DNA of 64,000 nucleotides from a plasmid: sequence record NZ_CP024587.1; one strand, 5' to 3'. Shown piece by piece: positions 59,740 to 64,000 of this stretch (position 1 is its first letter; each line of letters starts with the position of its first letter). The notes under the pieces were generated by a model. It saw only the letters and a program-made list of their open reading frames with translations, ran no database searches and was not told where the DNA came from. The position numbers and the translations under genes were made by a program.

Positions 59740-59834
59740 ACCTTCGCAGAGGCAGACGTCCAGACGCAGACCTCCTGCGCTGCCCGGCTGGGAGACCCTT
59801 ACCGGTCCACCGCTACAGCATTCTCAAACGGGCT

Positions 59835-60839
59835 CTAAGGGGCCGCAAGCGATCCTTCCCATTTCAACGCAGTGTCAATAATGAAATCAAGATCGTCATA
59901 AAGCGGATTCCAATCCAGAACCTGGTTGATATGCTGGGTGGCTGCAATTAAGAACGGGGGATCACCTACTCGTCGCGGAGATTCTACAATTTCCAATGAT
60001 TTGCCGCTCACTTTTTCCACGGCACTTAATACCTCTCGCACAGAGTGCCCACGCCCGTAACCGCAGTTCATTGTTAGATTGACTGAATTGTTCTTCTGCA
60101 AGTAACGAAGTGCCGCAACATGAGCATTCGCCAGATCCGTGACGTGGATATAATCACGCACACCCGTTCCGTCAGGTGTTGGATAATCCGTGCCGAAAAT
60201 CTCTATTTTCTTACGTTTGCCCACTACGGCTTCGCAGGCAACTTTGATGAGATGTGTGGCACGTAGCGAGCGCTGCCCAGCACGCCCCAAAGGGTCCGCG
60301 CCAGAAACATTAAAATAACGCAGCGTGACACTCGAAATCCCGTGGGTGCGGGCGACGTCACTGATCATCTGTTCTGCAGCGTACTTGCTATTGCCATACG
60401 GATTTATCGGCTTACACGGCATGCCTTCATCAATTGGCATAACTTCCGGAATACCATAAACGGCAGCAGTCGACGAAAAAACAATATTTCGTACGCCTGT
60501 CTGGACACAAGCACCGAGCATGGCCGAAACGCCGAAGACGTTATTGCGCCAGTAAGCAAGCGGCTTCTCTGAACTTTCTGGCACGATCAACGATGCGGCA
60601 AAATGCATTACGGCCGATACATTGTAATCGCGAATAGTTTGTACCAATCTTTCTTCGTCATGGACAGAAGCATGGATGAAAGGCACATCACTTGGTATCG
60701 ATTCAGCAAATCCGGTTGACAAATCGTCAAACACCACCACGTCGAAACCTGCATCGCGTAATGCAAGTACCGCATGGTTACCGATGTAACCCGCGCCTCC
60801 TGTCACCAGAACGCTGCTTTTCCTGTTCTGAACAACCAC
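59835..60839 (-). CDS. galE: UDP-glucose 4-epimerase GalE, in a low-GC (about 45%) island
   Basis: VLVTGGAGYIGNH Rossmann motif, ...YGNSKYAAE... (YxxxK), length 334 aa. Strongly atypical base composition and codon usage for this window. Confidence 0.85.
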   Translation of the reverse strand: MVVQNRKSSVLVTGGAGYIGNHAVLALRDAGFDVVVFDDLSTGFAESIPSDVPFIHASVHDEERLVQTIRDYNVSAVMHFAASLIVPESSEKPLAYWRNNVFGVSAMLGACVQTGVRNIVFSSTAAVYGIPEVMPIDEGMPCKPINPYGNSKYAAEQMISDVARTHGISSVTLRYFNVSGADPLGRAGQRSLRATHLIKVACEAVVGKRKKIEIFGTDYPTPDGTGVRDYIHVTDLANAHVAALRYLQKNNSVNLTMNCGYGRGHSVREVLSAVEKVSGKSLEIVESPRRVGDPPFLIAATQHINQVLDWNPLYDDLDFIIDTALKWEGSLAAP

Positions 60840-61031
60840 TAGAAATTCACCCCGCTTTTTCTACAATATGGTAGGATATTTGACGCTTCAGTAACAGATT
60901 ATGCTAAATATAAACACCAAAAAGACGTTAACTTGCATAGCATGATGTATCACGATTTTCTATCTGTTTGGTCGCGAACAGTATGGGGACCTTTTTGGTC
61001 TAGACTTAGGATCCGCTAGAGCATAATCTGA

Positions 61032-61640
61032 TCAGTCTGGTTCATATTCAGCGGCGGTGAAGTAGCTGGCACATTCCTGTGGTGAGAACTGCGGAAGCGC
61101 ATCGCGGATTGCGTTCCAGAGTGCGTCGATGGTGCGGCTGGCGGCCTTCCGCAGGAGCGCCTTGAGCTTGGAGAAGGCGTTCTCGATCGGGTTGAAGTCT
61201 GGCGAGTAGGGCGGCAGGAACCGCAGTGTCGCGCCTGTGGCTTGGACGGCCTCCCGGACGGCAGCGCCCTTGTGGGCGGGCAGGTTGTCGAGGATGACGA
61301 TGTCACCCGGGCGTAGGGTGGGTGCCAGAACCTGCTGTGCATAGGCGGTGAACCACTCGCCCGTCATCGCGCCGTCCAGCACCATCGGCGCGGTCAGGCC
61401 AGACAAGCGCAGCGCGCCGGTGAAGGTGGTTGTCTTCCAATGCCCGTGCGGCACTGGCGCCCGGCAGCGGGTTCCGCGTTTCGAGCGCCCATAGAGCCGT
61501 GCCATCTTGGTGGAGGCGCTGGTCATCATCGATGAAGACCAGCCGCTCCGGATCCAGATCAAGCTGTGCCTCGAACCAGACCTCGCGCTTGGCGGCCACA
61601 TCTGGCCTCAGTTGCTCGGCAGCGTGGGCAGTCTTTTTTT
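61032..61640 (-). pseudogene. IS630-family transposase remnant (frameshifted, 5'-truncated)
   Basis: DDE core ...[48 protein letters not shown]. Upstream part in another frame (...RLVFIDD...). Ends at a T-run near 61640. Confidence 0.6.
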
Positions 61641-61665
61641 CTAGGTTGGCAAAATTGGCTGTCTG

Positions 61666-62042
61666 ATGGTCTGCTCTCTGTTGCGGAGTGGGTGGCTGGA
61701 GGGCAGTGGGATGGGCAGGCTGTCGGCACGGGATCGGCCGGAGCGTGAGCGGGTGCTGGTTCCGGTTCGGCGTCTGTGTCCGGCCTGCGGCATGGCGATG
61801 CGGATCCGCTACGAGAACCGCCGCACGCTGGTGACGCTGTCCGGGTCGGTGAGGCTGCGGCTCAAGATCCGGCGCTGCGAGGCGGTGAGCTGTGTGCGGC
61901 ATCACCGTCCCTGGCGCCCGGAGGCGGAGGGCGCCAGGGACGGTGATGCCGCAGCATGAGTTCGGGCTGGACGTGGTGGCGTTGGTGGGGGCGCTGCAGC
62001 ACCGGGATCACCGCTCCGCGCCCGAGATTCACGCGGTTGTCA
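61666..62042 (+). pseudogene. 5' part of a transposase gene with N-terminal zinc-ribbon (CPACG...C..SC), interrupted by ISL3 copy 2
   Basis: ...CPACGMAMRIRYENRRTLVTLSGSVRLRLKIRRCEAVSC...EFGLDVVALVGALQHRDHRSAPEIHAV then the ISL3 IR. Family not identified (ISNCY/ISKra4-like?). Confidence 0.4.
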
Positions 62043-63818
62043 ACGCCGCCTGAATCGTGGTTCTCCCGCATTTCCCGTGCTGTCGTTTTGTCATGCAGCG
62101 TTCAGCACGCGGTTGCGGAGCAGATCGAACCCGGCACGGCCATACATGCTCCGCTTGATCAGCTTGAGCCGGTTGATCTGCCCTTCGACGGGGCTCGTGG
62201 TCCAGGGCAAGTCAAGTGCGGCCTGCACGGCATCGATGTCGCGGCACAGGTTGGCGGCATAGGATGCGAGTTCGGTCTTCTCCGCCGCGGCGAGCACCTC
62301 CGCGAGCGTCTCGCCTCCCTTGCGGCGCAGCACCTGGCGCAGCCGTCTTGCGACCGCGATCGCGGCGGCCAATCCGGGCGCTTCGGCCAGCATCCGCGCG
62401 GCAAACTGTCGCTCGGTCTCCTTTAGCGTGTTGCTGTCCGCCATCAGAATGCGCGCGACGCTGCGGCCCGAGGGCACCGGCCATGCCGGTGCCATTCGTG
62501 TGGGACGGGGCGCGGTCGGCGCTGGCTCGGTGCCACGGCGCCGGGTGGTCCAGGCGCGGACGGTGCCGGGCCGCCCAGCGAAACCCTGCGCAACCAGTTC
62601 GCGCCAGAGCTGGGCTGCGTTGCGGCAGCCCTCGGCCCAACGCCGGTCCAGCACGTCTGCAAAGGCCGCGAGGGTGCTGGTGCGCGGCCGCTGCTTCCAG
62701 GATGGGGCGTGCCCGAGGCGGAGCCAGCGGCGGACCGTCTTGCGCTCGGCCCCGAGGCGGGCGGCGATGCGGCTGATCGAAACCCCTTTGGCGCGCAGCC
62801 CTGCGGCTTCCTCGTAGCGCGCCTGCCTGCGGGCCAATGAGGCCTGGCTCGCCCGTGCCGCAGCGTTCGGCGGACGCGGTGGGGCGGGCGGCATCGGCTC
62901 GGCTGCAATAGCGGCCGCCACCGTGTCCGCGATAAGCCGTCCCGCACGGCGCACGGCAGCAGCGTGCCGGTCGACAAGCGCGGGCACGGCATCACCGAGG
63001 TTGCGCAGCAAATGCCATCGATCCGCGACCTGGACCGCAGCAGGAGCACCCTGCCGGATCCCGTCCGCGTAGGCGCCGGCGCGATCACGCGCGACAACTT
63101 CGACGCCAGGATGGCGGCGCAGCCAGGTCGCGAGTGTTTCAGCTTGGCGATCGCGCAGCAGATCGACCACGGCGTTGCGCTCCAGGTCGACCAGCATCGT
63201 GCCGTAGCGGTGCCCCCGACGCCAGGACCAGTCATCCACACCGAGCACGCGCGGGGCTGGTAGTGGGTCATCGCGGCACGCAGCCGCACGCACAACACGC
63301 AGCAGCGTATCGGCGCTGGTCGGCATGGCGAGCCTGTACGCCAGCCGCGCCCCGGCCTCTCCGCCGAGCGCGAGGCCGAGGCAGCGCTGCACCCCGCCCA
63401 GCCGTTCGGTCCGGCGCGCCGCAGCCGGTGCCACCTCGGCCAGGCGCTCGGCGAAGGTCTGGCGGGCGCAGGCCGAGTTGAGGCAGCGAAATCGCCGCGC
63501 GTGGACCGCCAGTGTCACCGGACGACCCTGCCAAGGCAGGTCGGCAAGGGTTCGACCGTAGCGGCTGTGCACGCGCCGCGAAGCCACGCCGCAGTCGGGA
63601 CAGGCAGCGGCGTTCTGGCGCGGGCTCGCCTTGATGGTGATGTGCTCAGAGGTGGGCAGGACCTGCTGAACCAACAGTCCCGCCGGGATCAGGGGCAGGA
63701 GGCGCTTGGGCAAGGGAGACTTTCAAAGGAGGGCAGTGTTCCTCCTATGTGCTCATCCCGACCCAGAACGCCTACCCAGCAGCACGGGAAATGCGGGAGA
63801 ACCACGATTCAGGCGGCG
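62043..63818 (-). mobile_element. ISL3-family insertion sequence, copy 2, 100% identical (by eye and ORF track) to copy 1; tnp 62091..63713
   Basis: Same IRs and identical 540-aa ORF plus identical internal small ORFs. Confidence 0.8.
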
Positions 63819-64000
63819 TCTACACGCGGTGCTGCGTGAACGTGGGGTGGAGATTGCCGAGCGCAGCGTGACCAACCTGCTGGACCGCTACGACGAGCTG
63901 CTGGCCATCGCGCTGACCGACGGGAGCCGTCTGCGGCGTGTTCTGCGTGGGCAGGGCCGCGCCATCCTGGCGTTGGACGGGATGCAGCCCGACGTGGGGC
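63819..64000 (+). pseudogene. Continuation (partial, runs off the right edge) of the transposase interrupted by ISL3 copy 2
   Basis: In-frame continuation ...LRERGVEIAERSVTNLLDRYDELLAIALTDGSRLRRVLRGQGRAILALDGMQPDVG. Confidence 0.4.

Noticed and set aside
1-64000. CRISPR arrays, tRNA/rRNA genes
   Set aside because: No regularly spaced short direct repeats and no cloverleaf-like or rRNA-like conserved segments were seen in the intergenic regions. The intergenic regions are short or occupied by IS ends.

Overview
This 64-kb window is high-GC (about 65-70%) accessory DNA, most likely a plasmid or ICE segment from a high-GC proteobacterium (Acetobacteraceae-like), with four modules.

(1) Positions 1-20731 plus 23732-26059: a Dot/Icm-like type IVB (IncI-like) secretion/conjugation system. 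One long minus-strand operon runs dotI-dotH-dotG-dotF-icmC-icmD-icmJ-icmB(dotO)-dotD-dotC-dotB-icmT-?-lytic transglycosylase-?-dotM-like. It is headed by an unusual GcrA-like multi-HTH regulator and an AT-rich divergent control region facing an XRE regulator. Several plus-strand genes for secreted or unknown proteins follow, then dotA/traY.

(2) Positions 20799-23640 and 35300-41704: nested IS elements and remnants (IS5/IS1031-like with a frameshifted tnp, IS630, IS427-like, IS3, ISL3, IS66) and low-GC cargo patches.

(3) Positions 26060-34796: a DsbC-like protein with a monothiol CGYS active site, a FIST-GAF signalling gene pair, lipoproteins and hypotheticals.

(4) Positions 41968-54909: a Wzx/Wzy-dependent exopolysaccharide cluster (acyltransferase, GH5-like hydrolase, Wzy, GT4/GT2/GT4/GT4, Wzx, Wzc BY-kinase) in two divergent operons, bracketed by IS elements. 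It lacks a priming glycosyltransferase, Wza and Wzb.

The right end carries an IS1182-like element, an IstB fragment, three ISL3-family copies (two 100% identical, one diverged, one inserted inside another transposase gene) and a low-GC galE island.

No rRNA, tRNA or CRISPR array was recognised. Many long ORFs in the track are antisense or frame artefacts of the high GC content. One real partial gene at the left edge (1-831, minus) is absent from the track. All family assignments come from motif recognition by eye without database searches.
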